Positions 36,500 through 49,849 of a stretch of 64,000 bases of DNA are shown in pieces. The stretch is from Raillietiella orientalis (taxonomy: Eukaryota). Each line of letters opens with the position of its first letter. Position 1 is the stretch's first letter. The notes beneath the pieces were generated by a model. That model did no database searches and had not been told where the DNA came from. It was given only the letters and a program-made list of their open reading frames with translations. A program made the position numbers and the translations under genes. Location of the stretch: positions 4,340,001 to 4,404,000 of the forward strand of contig JAYWIR010000003.1 in NCBI GenBank assembly GCA_036172245.1. The letters are read 5' to 3'.

Positions 36500-37300
36500 T
36501 CTGGAGAGCACGGAGGGGATCTCCCGTGCGTGGAACGTCATGTAGGAATTCGCGGACGGGCGGATGGACCGGCTGGGCGAGAAATCAACCGGGAAGAATC
36601 GCGACGAAGAATTCCACGAGGTAGAAGGGAGAATCGGAACGCTGCTGCCCCCGCGGGAAGGAGCGAGTCCGGCGAGACGGCACTCCGCGCCGGGTGCAGC
36701 TCGCCGTCGTCCTGGAGACGGAGGGATCGCATCTGGGGATCCGCAGCAAGGCCCCGGGGCGCAAGGAAGCGCTGAAGGGAGGCACCGGCTCGGTCTGTAG
36801 CGCGTGCGCGGTCGCTCGGGGGGATGGGGGAGGGGTCCAGGGATGCCGAAGGATAGTGCCGCAAGATGAGCCCCGTTACCATCACGCGGAAACCCATCTG
36901 TCCAACTCCTCTGGCACCCCTGGAGGGGCAACCCACGCCGGCGACTTACGCCAGCAGTCGTCTGCAGGGATCCCAGCAACCGCACTCGAAACGTCCTGAG
37001 GGTCGACCCGCAGGGGTGTAACATTGCAGCATGACTGGCTATCCCTATCTAATCCCCGTGGGTCGGCCCCTCAACTGATACCCACCCACGGGTTCGTTCT
37101 GCCCGAAGGAGGAGGTCCGGTCCATCCGCATAGAGAAGATGCAGCGTGCCCCGGGCCCTTTTTTCGGCAGCAGGCTTCCACTGCCCGGGAAGGTAAGAGC
37201 GCGGAACGCCTTCATCGCGGTCCCTTTCCTTTGGTCTCCCCCGGAGACCGTCGAGCCGTCGGTCCGACGCGGAGGGTCCTGCGGAGTTTCGCCGGAGATC
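36500..37300 (-). mobile_element. Decayed LINE ORF1 remnant
   Basis: 'RTFRVRLLG...DGFPRDGNGAHLAALSFGIPGPLP' fits the Tx1 ORF1 pattern. Confidence 0.45.
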
Positions 37301-37699
37301 TAAGGTGCGGGCGGAGGGCGTGGCTGCAACTCCGCCGGGCGGATACGGATGCGCGTCCCCCCTATGCCGACGCGTGTAGACCCCCGCGGCGAAGTACCCG
37401 AGCGCGCGGTGGCGCCTCCCTCTGTGCACGCTCTCGAAGGGCGCGGCAGGCTGCGTCCGCGCGACCGCGGGCACGGGAGGGGGGAAGGGACCACGGATTG
37501 ATATCCCGCCGCCTCCCACTGTCCGGAGATGCGTGGCGGCGGGGGTGGCGGGAAGTCCATCCCTCCCCGTCAGCAGCGCCATTAACCTCTGGGGGAAAAT
37601 GTCCCTTCGGCGAGGTCCTTGACGAACGGTGCCATCCCGCTCCCTGAAGTGTACGGATGCAGAGCTTCCTCTCCCTGCAGCATGGGAGGTTGCCGACTG

Positions 37700-38430
37700 C
37701 TCACTAGCGGAGATCGCATAGCCCGACGGGCGTCTCTACTCCCAGACGGCGGTTGAAGCCGAAGAGGCCGCTCGGAACCTGCAGGGGCGGGTCGAATTGC
37801 CCGGAGTTCCCCGTGGAAACTTCAGGATCCCTGGCTTCCTCCCCCTTTGCTACTGGCCGATCTCCATCCTGCCGACGCAATGGAGCCTCCTCCAAGACGT
37901 GCAGCGCCACGACGCTTTAGTGAGGGGGCCTCCCCAGCCTCGGGGTCTTTTCTCGCGTTCTCTTGGAATGAGGCGGACTGCAGCAGGGATGCAGACCCTG
38001 TGTCCCCCGAACACCTCCCATCGCCATCCACCACCTCCCATCCTCTGTCCCGGGCGAGCAGTGGTGAGCTCCCAAGAGAGCGAAGTGTCCTGCTGCCGTC
38101 CAAGGGTGCCTGCCACTGGAGGTCGTCCTTGCCTGCGTGCGGAGGAAGTCGAAGTGACCCAACGGGACGCGCGAGGAACGATGGAACCGTTGGATGGCCG
38201 TGGGCAGGCCAGCGCGAGACGGGACCGCCTCCCTTCCCTGCCTTACGCAGGCCTTTGGCAACCGTGGGAACCGAAGGACTACCGTGAGGTCGGTCCATCC
38301 TCATTTCCTGTCGATTTCCTTGCCCTTTTGCCCTCTCCTCCTACTCCTGCGCGGGTAGCCCCTTCGGTTTGGGGCTGACATGTATTGGTTTTCCCCAACT
38401 CTTTGAATTCTGATTATTGATCTTGAATTA
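37700..38430 (+). mobile_element. Decayed LINE 3' end
   Basis: zf-RVT-like 'DCSRDADPVSPEHL' followed by a pyrimidine/U-rich 3' UTR. Confidence 0.4.
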
Positions 38431-38519
38431 TTGGTCCGCAATTCGGATGCGAAGCCAACAGACTGAGGCACCTGTTGCCAGGAAAGGAACGCCCCCTAGG
38501 AAAGATGCTCCCGATTGAT

Positions 38520-39700
38520 TTTCAGGAAAGGGGGAATACCGTCCGATGTTCAGTCGTCCGGGGAAAGAGTTCTGGAGTACGAAAAGGAGGGGGTGGTGAA
38601 GAAATGAAAAAAAAAACAAAAATTCCGTAGGCGGGGAGGGGAGGGGAGGGGTCGCCGGAGTCCAGTCCTTCTGGTCCTCGTCCCCCATGGCAGAGGTGAC
38701 GATGACTCCCGCCGCTGAAGTCGGGCGACCCCGTCTTGCCGAGCACGCAGCATCGTGGGGACGGCAGGGAAGGCGACCTAGCTCCACTGATGGAGAGCTG
38801 CCTCGGCAGGCAAAAGTCCGCCCCTGGCGCAAGGACGTGTCGCGAGCTCGTCGGGGGCGTAACCTGGCCTGCCCTTGCCACGCCCGAGCGGCGGAAAATG
38901 GGGGACCAGGATGAGTCCGTTGGTCCGGTACCTCTCGCAGATCTCGCAGGAAGATGGCGGCTTCGGTCCGTGGGTCGTGGAGCGACTGAGAATGGAGTCC
39001 GGATGAATCCGTCATGGGAAGGGCTGCCTACGACTTGGTCGTCGGTTGCCACGGTGGCTGTGCCGGCAAGCTGCCGCGCCCTTCATCCTCCGGAGAGCTG
39101 CCTGAGACGGTCCCGGGTGTCGCTGCCCGCGAACGTGACGAGAACCTGCGCTTTTTCTCCCGGAGGCAAAAACCGGAAAAACTCCTGAAATTCCAGAGTA
39201 CCCACGGAAGCGCGGGGAGCCGCCTTTGTCGTTTGGCTGAAAAAAAAACGAAGGCATCGCGAATGAAAGGTATCGGGAGAAAAATCTTCCAGGAGGCGAA
39301 ACCCCGGAGGCATCGTCCCGGTGGAACCGAGAGTTCCTCTAGCAGTTCTCGCGGCGGGCGATCCGTCCTCCCACGCCCACCGCGATCGACCCTCGGCTTT
39401 GAAGCCGAGTTCAGCCCGTGGAAAGCGACTGGGGAGGGAGGGGTTTTTCGTCCCGAGGGCCGCAAACGGCCGCTTCCAAGATGTCATTCGTCGCGTTTCT
39501 CCTCTGCCACTCGGGGCCTCCTGGACGAATCCCTCGCGCGGCTCGGAGCTGCTGGAACCCGCGAAGAGTGGGCGGAGGCGCCAACCAATCGGCGGTGGCG
39601 CTCGCCGGAGAAGCCTACCTCCCCTAGCAGCGGCCAGGTTCTGGACGCGCTTGTCCGCTGACGACGCAGCGACTCAAGCCGGAAGTTCCACTCCAATATC
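38520..39700 (-). mobile_element. Decayed LINE 3' end
   Basis: C/U-rich 3' UTR at 38580-38650 like other copies; weak zf-RVT remnant ~38900-38950. Confidence 0.35.
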
Positions 39701-40399
39701 CTCCGCTGATAGGAACCGTCGGGCCGCGCGCATCCCACTCAGCACCAGTCCCATCCCTCGTCCCCGTCCACTCGAATTATGGCCCACGGCCTTGTTTTAT
39801 CACCACAGTGACAGCGATGATGGCGGCCGACGCCCATTGTGTTGACGAAAGCCAAAAATTTAGTGGCCCTCATCCAACACATCAACGCCCCGAATTTTAT
39901 GAGACACACGGAGCAGGCCTTCCCTCCTGGAGGTCCAAATAAATGCAACAATAATTATTATTAATGGGGCCTTTTCCCCATTCATTTGTTTTTATCTCGG
40001 TAAGAGCCTGTTCCTCAAGAGAGCGGTGCCTTCCGCGGATGAAAGTTGGAAGGAAGAACGGAGGGCAGTTAGCCAGGAGATGACAGTTTATGCCGAAGCA
40101 TGAATCAGGACGCGGAGAACAAAGGAGGAGCGTTCTCGGAGGCCGGCGGCGGCCGCGCGCATAAATCTTCGGCTCGGGCAACCGGTAAATCACGAGGATC
40201 CACTCAGCTTCGAACCGGACCGGGGGAGCTCGGTGGAAGGAACGCCGCGGAGATCTCGGCATGCTGGAAGGAAGGTGGTTCCTCTACCAGGAGGATGTCC
40301 TCGCCAAACAATCGCGGTTCGCCTGCCTGGAGAAACCGAGGCAGCGCTGCGTGGACGTCTAATCCCCTTCCCCCATCCTTCCGTCGGAACGGTAGGGCC

Positions 40400-43050
40400 C
40401 CTAGCCGACCGTGGGCGGCGAGAGACCTTCTTCACCCACCGGAAAGGGAGACGCGGGAGCACCGCCGTATGGAGAGGCTTCGTTCCTCCTCCGACGAGGT
40501 CCTTCCCATTGTGAGGAATCTCCCTGAAGGAGGGAATGCGAAAACGGTGGTGAGCTCTTCCCGGCCAGACGAAGAAACAGGAAACGCAGGAGGAGTCCTG
40601 AAGCTGCCCCGCCGCGAACATAGGTCGCTGGGTGCAGACGAGAAACGCGAATCGGACAGCCCACAAGCTGCTGGCACCCTCCGAAGTCCCCCTCAGCAGA
40701 GATGACGCGTGTCGAGCGGAGCCTCCTCGCGTATGGTTGAAGCCCGTAGCACCCGAATGACCTCGACCTATCTCGCCACCTCAGGCGAGTGGCAAACCCC
40801 GACGATAAAGCTCCTGCACTGCCAGGTCCACGAGCGCCACCACCGGCTCCACTCCGGGAAGCAGAACACGCGCTGCGTTAGGTCACGGAACTCCGTTAGA
40901 CGCCCATCGGATTCCATGAAAGCGACCCGGTTGCTATGGAGGACTGCGGGGCTGTGGCAGTCGTGCGGGTCGCAATCCGCGAAGGAGAGTGTCGCCTGCC
41001 CAGGCTACCGGTTCTGGAGATGGGTGAGTGGGTGACGCTCGAGCGTCCAGACGGCGCTCAACCCAACCACCGAGACAGAGCCGGCCCTGCCTCGGGCATT
41101 CCCGTCGACCGTTGTTCCCGCCTCCGGTGAATCGTGAGCTTCCTTCCCCGCCGTCCTGGCGGTGCCTTTTCCTTCCTGTTCCTCACTCCCTTCCCCTGCC
41201 TTCGGAGTCGGGAGGACAGCAAGCGGGGGAACGGGAGACTTCTCACTGTGGATGGAAGCCTGCCATGGTGCCTCCAGGCGCAAGATTTCCTGGAGATGAC
41301 GTGGGTGCAGATCTCGGTGACGGAAGCAAAATTCCGTCCAGGAGATGCGCAGAAGGATCCCATGGCAACAGCCGCCTATCTGCACCTGGTTCAGTGGAAG
41401 AATCTCCGGAGAGGGAAGCGAAGAAACACGAGTTCTGGGTGTGGAGCCTGGGAAGTGGATGACCAAAGGCCTTCGGTCGGGTCCGTTCCAGCCGATGCCA
41501 GATACTGGATCGGGAATCGCGAATGCACGCTGAATCCCTCTCGGTTCACGACCGTTCCGACCTGCCCCAAACTCCCGGGAGGAAATCAGCATCTCGGAAT
41601 TTTCGAGAAAGAAGGCGAAGAAATGAACTTGGGCGTTCTTTGAGGCATTTTCGAGTTCCAGGAGCCAGGATCCACAGAATTCTTGTAGCCCTGGAGCTTG
41701 TGAGTTGTCAGGCATCGTCGCGAGGTTCTCCAGAAAGGGCATTCAGGAAGATCAGCACGAAAAAAATGGTTCTGACGCATCCTGATGTCGAGTACTTGCT
41801 CGCCCCTCGTGCCATTTATCAGGGAAGACTACTTGATGACGCGGAGACGACCATCAGTGTGCGTTGCGAGACCGATGCTTGTGGACCTTCCTTTGGGGAG
41901 GAATACCATCCAGGCGCTGGATGGACGGCAGTGCTTGCAGCCCGTCGCTTTTGATTGAGTCTGGCGTGTGGCGTGGATGGAGCCTTTGCCCGTGAGACCT
42001 CAGGGGCCGGTGACATCGTTCGACTGTGCACCGCAGGGCAATGCACATTCGAAGGTCACCTGCTTCAGCACTCGCATCCCGAAATTCCAGAAATGCAGCC
42101 ACGATCGCGCGCCAGGTAGGAAAAGATTCAGGTCAGTTTTCAAGTTCGATCAGGTAAACATCCTGAGGAAGGATCTACTATCACTAATCTGGTGGTCCAG
42201 ATGCCGTTCTACCGGAGCGGCGACGGCAGACTCCGCTTTCGAGAGTGCGGGCTGGGGGAAGTCTCGTGCTGGGGTGTCCCGGTGACGTTGAGAAGGCAGA
42301 GAAGTCGGGAGATGCGATCCTAGAAATCGTACCGAGAGGGAAATCGGATTTTGCGCTGGGGGTGAACGAGCAGGATGAATAACGCGTTAAAAACCGGGAT
42401 GGTGGTGCATCCAGTTCTCCGCGTTCCAGTAGTGCTATCAAAAGAGTCTGATCGTTCCTGTAAGAGGTATTCGTTTCAGCATGGCACATGCAAGAAGAAT
42501 AAAACGTTGCTTCACTCGTGCACTCTATCGTCACCAGCTCGTGGTAGGACCGAAGATTCGGAGAGAAACTCGGGTTCAAAGTTCTGGAAAACACCTCCAA
42601 GATGCAGCTGAGAAGCATAGGATTGCGATGAAGGAAGACATCCTGGCAACGCAACATGTCTCGCCAGGACCACAGAACTCTTGCAAAAATCTTCAGAGTA
42701 GAACTCCGAACTCCAGTCCAGTTTCCCATGAATCTCTCCATCAGAAATCGCTTGAATAGGAGCGTCCCTTCCGAGAGTGAGCAGTCTGGTTCTAGCTCCG
42801 TTTGCAAGGGTCTCGAACACCACGGTATCCTCAGGTTGCATCTCCTGATTGGACATCTCAACGAATGAGTAGGGTCCCGATCAAATCGATGGCCCTGCAG
42901 GCCAAAGGCAATCGAGAACGAATGAGGAAATCTCAAAGATCTATCCTTCTCCTGGATCAAGAGGCCACCTCATCATAGGTGCATCAGTGACGGTTGCGAA
43001 GCGAGGAACCGGATCGGCTGCACTCCGCATGATGAGCCCGGAACCTGTGC
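40400..43050 (+). mobile_element. Decayed LINE (ORF1 end, endonuclease, RT)
   Basis: 'IGQPTSCWH', then RT 'RAPGRKRFRSVFKFDQVNILRKDLL', 'ILEIVPRGK', 'RSVPSESEQS' in KAPG / LIPK / RGVRQG order. Confidence 0.55.
40572..41260 (+). repeat. ~0.69-kb near-identical direct repeat, copy 2
   Basis: Matches 12048-12735. Confidence 0.97.
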
Positions 43051-43099
43051 TGGAGCAAAGCGTCCGGCGTGATGACTTCGTGTTCCGCGACGAAGGCGT

Positions 43100-44000
43100 T
43101 CTTGCTCAGCACTGACCACTGCATGCAGGGAATCTTTCATGAACATCGATCAAATGAACATCAGTCAAAGAGGGTGCTCTTTGACCCCGTGACTTTTCAC
43201 AAGATGGGGGTGAGGATGTGAGTGAAGGAGAAACCGAGAATTCTTCAGGGACGGAGCAAGCAAAGCATCTGAGATGAGAAAAATGGCTCAACTGGGAAAC
43301 AATGACTAACAAGTCGCAGGCAGAAACCTGGCAACCTGCATCTTTGATCATGTCATCTCGACCGAACGAACCGGGAAAAGTTTCCAGGCAGCAGTCGTCA
43401 CAGAGGGAACAGCAGTTAGACACTGCCCACCAAATGGCTGCTACCCTTTCCATTGAACTGGTAATCGTTTCGATAAACGGCATTCATTGCTGACCCTTGC
43501 AAGGCATTTGTGTCCGCGTACATTCTATTCTTGTAAGATATTCGTAGATAAAAGCGAATCCAGAGGTCAGTCGACAGCCCACCAGGGTATTCAGATGCTC
43601 GCTTCTGCCTCCCATTTGGACGGACGCTAGTCGCTGCACAAACTCGCTTCCACACCGCCCATGTCCACGACGGAGAAACCAACGGCTGAATGGGGGATGA
43701 CCTCTTCCTCCCTTTTCGTGAAGCTTCCCTTCAGGGGAACGTGCATCCAGCCTCTAGCTTCGGGGAGGGCATCCTTGACGACGGAGCCCTCCCCTGCGAG
43801 AACGTCCGAAACGTGGTCTTCTTGCCTAGAGCGGAAAGGCAAGAAGACCTGCCACCGCGACTGCCACTCGCAGAATGCCCCTATGGAGAGCGGGAAAGAG
43901 GTCAGAGCCAGCAATCTGGAGGATGTTAGAATGAGACGGAGAAGGTGATGCTTCTACATCTTCTCCCAAGGAGGAACGCCGGTTACAGGTCACGCTCCTT
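43100..44000 (-). mobile_element. Decayed LINE ORF1 + endonuclease
   Basis: ORF 43627..43914 'EDHVSDVLAGEGSV...GWMHVPLKG...IPHSAVGFSV' is ORF1-like; ORF 43106..43483 is EN-like ('LIDVHERFP'). Confidence 0.55.
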
Positions 44001-44869
44001 GGGAGGGATGCCCATCTGTGTCTCCTGAAAAAGAGAGGGTTGCTAAGGGACGACCGGTGCAGCGCGCTCCGTCCCGCACCGATCCGAAGGCCCTGTTGGG
44101 CGAGCGCAGCGACGTGACGTCACGCAAGTTGCCGGCCATCCAGAGAAGGCAGCGCTTTCTTCCGCAGGATCACCATGATACGCTAGCTGTGGCTAAGGGC
44201 ACCCGCGTTGTTCCGGAATCGCTTCCCTCTTCGGGGACCGAAGGAGAGGGGGTTTCCGGCACGGAAAGCCGAATTGGCCTCAAGAAAGGGGTGCAGCCAC
44301 ACCTCAAGAAGGGGTGACGCGACCAAGGCGAGAAGGCGGCTCGCCCCTCCCTTCGAGGTTCCTCCGTAATCGTTACCTCCGAGGAAAGGGTGACGGGATT
44401 GGAGTCCACCAAAGTGCCGCCCGCTCGTCCACTTCCGGTCACCCCTACTGGGAAGGAGGACTCGGCTCGAGGGCGGCGACTTCTCCGGAACTATTTGGCG
44501 GAGATCTGACGTGACGAGGATCCTGAGACGTAGATGGGATCGGGCATCCGAACGCCGAACGCCACTCCTGGGCGACTCCTTCAGGGGCACCCTTGAGAGA
44601 TCAGGAAGCGGGGGGGAGAGGCTGTGAAGCCGGACTCCGGCGGAGGGTCCCCGCGAAAGAGGCAGGGCCCGGAGCAGGGCAGCGAGCGCGTCCTGCCGCT
44701 GCTGCCACCCGATCACGCCGGAGGGCTTCTCGAAAAAAAGCAGGAAACTCACCACTTATGCTGGGATGCTCAGTCCCACCATGCACGAATCTACAGGGAA
44801 CCTGCCGGGCTGCCGGTGAGCACGCCGGCGAGTTCCACCACGAGCACGGAAGAAGGGGAGGGAGGGTGA

Positions 44870-46200
44870 GGGGAAGAAGCAAAAAGAAGGAGAAAAATTA
44901 AAGAAAGAATAAATAAAGACACTTTGGAAGGTCGGGAAAGGACCACGGTCACCCGGAGGGAGTTCTCTGCATCCTTTCCAGGATATACCAGCAAGTTGCA
45001 CCTGCACAGCACCCCTAGGTGCGACCATCTGTCTGCCAGCCGCAGAAGGCGAACTGCGAGCTGGGCGGCGCCCCTCCCGTCTCGTATTCTGCCGACCTTG
45101 CTCCAGGCCGCTACGATCCCGCGGATGCAGCGAAGGGTTACTGGAGCTGCGGATAGCGCACGGAGTTTTGAAGCACCCCTGGAGTTGCCAGCCGGAGTCC
45201 GCAGGGTCTCCCCAAACGTTCCCATAGGGACCGGAGGGCGACCCAGTCCACAAGTAGGTGCAGGAGGTATTTCCGTTCCCTGCAGCTGCGACAATCCGAG
45301 ATGACACACTCCAGTGTCCGGTGGTGTCGGTGGGAATCGCAGGGAAGACCCTAGTGCAACAGCAGGAGTGACGACTCCTGCCACTTCTAGAGGAGGGGTG
45401 CCGCTGCTTGTGAGCACCGAAGATCACTTTAGGTCATCACAGAGAACACCCAGCAGCCGCCCCCGCATCTGTAGTCCTCGTGGAAAAGCACTCGGGGCCG
45501 CAGTGTCTGTCAGCTGCCCTGATCCATCCACTCATCAGCTCCCACCTGCCAACGATCTCTCAGGGGACTCCCCACCTAGCCGATGGGCTGCTGCCATCCG
45601 TCTCCCTCAGGGAGGGCAACAGGCTGCGGTAAGGAAAGGAGAGTGCTATCCACCAACGCGCGCACCTATGCGGGGACTCTCCAGGATCTTTAGCAGCGAG
45701 CAGCGGGCACAGATGCCGAGTCGCAGGCGTCTTCGAGAGGGGCTCCTTCGGCTTTGCTCACGTGTCAACTGCTACTTGTGGCCGAGAGATGCAGTTGGCG
45801 GGGCTGCAGGGCATCCGGCCACTCTCCTTCTCCAGTGGGGCCAACCTCCCGAGGAGGACGCCGCACTTTCTCACCTTTCCCTTCCCCCAACAGGCACCTG
45901 CCCGCCGGAGCACAAGAGGCGCGACAGAGGTCCTTCCGTTCCGGCTGCACGGCTTGCGAGGAGGCGCGCGGGAACGCAACAGGGGGCTACCCTAGCACCT
46001 CGCTGCGATGGCCCAACAATCTCTACCGCAGCCGGATCTCCATTCGCTCCAGAGTCAGGAGGCCGAGGCCGCCGTCCCGGCGCGGAGCGCGCGAATCCTT
46101 CAGCAAGACTCGAGGGACCTTCGTCTACCCCACAGGGCAATTCTCAAAAGGTCCCTCGTCCGCTTTTCTTCCTCTCCAGGGACAGAACACACAAAAGAAG
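44870..46200 (-). mobile_element. 5'-truncated Tx1-like LINE (ORF2 C-terminus + 3' UTR)
   Basis: zf-RVT 'CRSCRERKYLLHLLVDWVALRSLW' (~45220-45295); 'DLLRIALWG' homologous to 63315 'DLLRIAFWG'. Confidence 0.8.
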
Positions 46201-46310
46201 TAGGAGGAAGGGGATAGGAGGGAGCCCTCTGCATCCTTTCTAAGAAAGCGGCAAGTTCCACCCGCATAGCGCCCAGGTGGAGCCATCTGGCTGCCATCCG
46301 AAGAGGCGCC
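46200..46310 (-). mobile_element. Short Tx1-like LINE 3'-end fragment
   Basis: 'gcatcctttctaagaaagcggcaagttccacccgcatagcgcccaggtggagccatc' is homologous to 18457-18520, 24200-24260 and 44968-45035. Confidence 0.65.
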
Positions 46311-46649
46311 GCCCTTGAGAGACCCAGAGACGGGAGGGAAGGAACATAGTTCGGATATCGAATGGACTCCTAGAGAAAAAGGGTCGGAGTGGCTCTAGGA
46401 ATGTTGAGCACCTGAGATGAGCCGAGGGATGTTCCGGGGAGGAGGTTAGAGGAAGGGGGGGTTCTCGCACGTCCGCAGGACGGCAGCGAGAGGGCCCCGA
46501 CAGAGTCCGCTGCCCTCCTTCCTTCCGACTGAGGAGCCCTACTTTCGCTTGATCTGAGGCTTGACCTGCTGATGTCTCCGCGGTGCGACCTCCTCCAGCC
46601 CCGGCCTTGACCTGCTATTCTGGCTGGAGGCGCATCACTTTTCTTCTTC

Positions 46650-48550
46650 CTACTCCCCCCTTCCCTTCCTCTTCCTCAAGGCACTTCTCAGTTACGGGTC
46701 CGTTCCCTCCTGGTTGGGCATCACAAGGATGACGCATCCTCTTCCTCGAGGCGGCCTTCTCCCGCACCCGGTCTCGGTTACAGAACGCCTCACCGTCGGA
46801 GGAAGTGGCCGATAACTTCGTCCCTCGTTTCCACAGCGACTTCAGCACTTGGGAAGCATCCTGGATAGGACTCGCGTTCCCATCGTCACCATGATCCTGA
46901 GCTCCGTTCTTAGATCCAAGTGGAAGCGATTGCTCTCTCCTGTACTTTCACCGTTGCAGCTACTCGGGAGAGAGGAGCTTTTCGGACGGTCTGGGCCTTC
47001 CTGCCTTCGAGCGTTCTCCCCTCGGAACCCGGGACGCAGCTGTTCCCTGGAAAGGTGACCTCCTTCTCCTCCTGAAGGAGGCGGTCTCCTTCTTCTCCTC
47101 CGGACTTTGCTTGAACGTGGGCAGGTGCTGGTCGGGAGAGGGGAAAGGAGGAAACTCCACTCCCAGGTGGCTCCGGGAGCAAGTTTGCTGTAGTCATCGG
47201 AATGCGCCCTCCTTTTTCAAGAAGTCCCGCAGGAAGCCATTCCGATTCCAGGACAAGTGCGCCGGCAGGCGACGCTCCTGCATGGGGCGATGGCGGCACC
47301 ACGCTGCGGCAGACTACCCTCCCTCAGCAGCACGTGCAGGGTGCCACTCGACCCCGGCGCGGGTGTTCCGTGAGCCCGAGGCAGGCTGGCGTCTTGAGCT
47401 CAGGTGGAAGTAGGTGACTCTGCCTCTGCTCGGAGAGAGGCTGAGGTTTGGGGCAAGAGCAGAGCACGGACGCCACCCCTCGGAGGTGCACCGCACGGCA
47501 AGGAGACCCAGACTTGGCGCGTGCGTTTACCGCCGGAGGCGACCCCGCGAACTCAGGAGGCAAGGAGACTTCCCCAGCTCCAACTCGGAGGGCAGCCTGA
47601 GCCAGAAAAGCCGGGTAGACCCAGGACTCTCTCCTGAAGAGCGGCAGGGATAGCTGAACGTCCGTGACCCTCGAGAAGGGTGGAGTCTTCTAAGGCGCGG
47701 CACGCACGCGCCTTCGAAGAGTCTTTCGAGGCTCGGACGGTCCCTGAAGACAGCTCAGCATCCATCACAGCCTCCAGCAAAAGGTGCTGGCCGAATGGGT
47801 GGGACACCTGCCACCGGTCCCGCCCCGGAGATGGATCTTCCTGTCGCGGACGTAAGAAGCGATTGAGGGATGTCGCTCGATGGACCCGGCTCCACTGACG
47901 GATGAGAAGCTGCTGCGGGACGGGCGGGACCGCAGAGCTCCGGGTCCGGCATCACGCTCCGGATTTGTGCCAGTAACTCCATGAGATCGGGAGCGAGGTC
48001 GCGCGAGCAGAGCGATGCTTCGGGTTCGTTCGAGAAACCCCGAGATAGCCACCCCCTTGTCGACACGGCATCGGGACGTCTCTGCAGCCTTGGGAATGGA
48101 AAGGGGGAGGGGAGTAGGCGCAGATGACACAGTCCGCGCGTGCAGGAATGGACGGAGCGGAACGTGGCTGCCTCATCTTTGCGTGGCGGTCCCGACCCCG
48201 AGTAAAGAGGTTCTTAAAGCATGAGAGCCATTGTCGACCTTCGAATCTTCCGCCCTCTCTTCCCTGTGGTTCGCAGGAGTTTGCGTCCACGAGCCCCGGT
48301 AGCGCCGACCGACCACCACCGAAAGAGGTGCCTCTGCAAACGAGCCTTCAGCAAAGGGAGTCTCTCGAAAACCTCCGGGACAACAGCGAGGAGCTGACCG
48401 CCTCCCTGCGCGTCCCCTCCCAACTTCCACCCTCACCGCAAGAACGACGCCGACTTGCGATTCTCGGCCGTCGGCGGACGCTGCTGCTGATGCGTGCGAG
48501 GATCTCGGAGTACCCGCGCCGACTCCCAGCGCCGATGCTGCCAACCTGAT
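46650..48550 (+). mobile_element. Decayed LINE (ORF1 end, endonuclease, RT start)
   Basis: EN 'QKSRVDPGLS' (SRLD), RT 'TSPGSAD' (KSPGPD), 'RRLAIL' (RPISL). Confidence 0.45.
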
Positions 48551-49376
48551 GGACAAACGAGAGCTGCCGCCCTTCCATATGCGAAATCGAACCGAAAGAA
48601 AGCGTGGAGAAAGCGAATTCTCCTCTGTCCTGTACTACGCGCGGCGGCGTCCCCGAAGCGCCGCGCTCCAAGAGAGGCAGCCGCGATCGCAATGCACAAA
48701 TCAATAAAAATCTACAAGTCCTTAAATCATGCGGAGAAATCGCCGACCGGATCGAAACAAAGATTGTGCGTGAGTTCGTTGCCTCGGCAACACCCATCAA
48801 TTCCGGGCGTGTTTTTTCTCTCTCTCACTTCTCGTCCCTCTCCTGGGAGACGGGTGCTCTCAGAGAAGCATCGGTCGGCCTCTCCTGGCAACGATTAAGA
48901 AGGAGGAGCAGTAATTGATTCGAGGCCTCCATCTCTGGCTAAGATGGCTAGCAGGTGAGCTTGGAGACATCAATCAATGATGGTAGCTGCCAAGGAGCAG
49001 GGAACACACGCGCTGATGGCCATCAATCTTCCCGATAAAAGAAGGGATGCGTTCTGAAGTTCTGCTCGACGCCCGTCCGAGGGAAACAATGCGAGGCGTC
49101 GTCGGAGTCATTCCTCCTCTTTCCCTTCTCCCTCATCCCATGGCCCAGTCAGGGGCGCAAGGAGAAAGAGGACTCCTGCGCTCGCTTGGAGTCGAAGCGG
49201 GAGACGTCGGAGCTTTCCGGGAGGGATCGGACGTTTGCCGATGCTGCGCGCCGCCACGCTCCGCATGAGGCAAAAGGTTCCTCCTCTTCCTACCTGGCAT
49301 CACAAGAGCCTTCGTCTGCCAGCTGCAGGCGCTCTCAAGAGACTTAACAGGGCAATAAATGAGAGTAACATGCATC

Positions 49377-49379
<3 letters not shown>

Positions 49380-49407
<28 letters not shown>
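49380..49407. repeat. (GT)14 microsatellite
   Basis: Direct reading. Confidence 0.98.
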
Positions 49408-49849
49408 TGGACGATGCCGCACCGCGGCGGCGGGTATCGCCTCCTCGTCCACCTGCCAAGGGCAGGGATTTCCTTTGGTTTGCTCTCTCCCACCCGGACG
49501 ACGACGACGGTCCCGACGAGTTTCCAGCGCGGTGCGAAAGAAAAACACGGGGGACCATTTGTTAGCCGGATGGCCTTTCGATTCCATGGACGCGGCAACC
49601 TGCAATCATCCTCCATTAATCACTGGGAAAATGATGCTTTCGGGAACGCTGGCGCGCAAGCGTCGGATTTATTCAGATTATTTTACAAACACGCTGGGAT
49701 AATTTATTTCGAGTGGACAATTAGGAGAATCATTTATAAATAAAACAGCTAATGGGATGTCAATTCTTGGACGCACGCAGCCGTTCCCACCGCGGCCAAG
49801 CCGGCTTCGCGCCAGATTTCCTCGTGACGTCACCGAGCAAGTGGCAACT

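Noticed and set aside
35927..37024. 365-aa ORF as a real gene
   Set aside because: GC-driven, Arg/Pro/Gly/Ala-rich open frame; only its start resembles a decayed LINE ORF1.
38633..38651. (GGGGA)3GGGG G-quadruplex motif
   Set aside because: A real motif, but unremarkable among many polypurine tracts in this GC-rich window.
45314..46243. 309-aa plus-strand ORF
   Set aside because: Antisense to a LINE ORF2 remnant; no domain signal.
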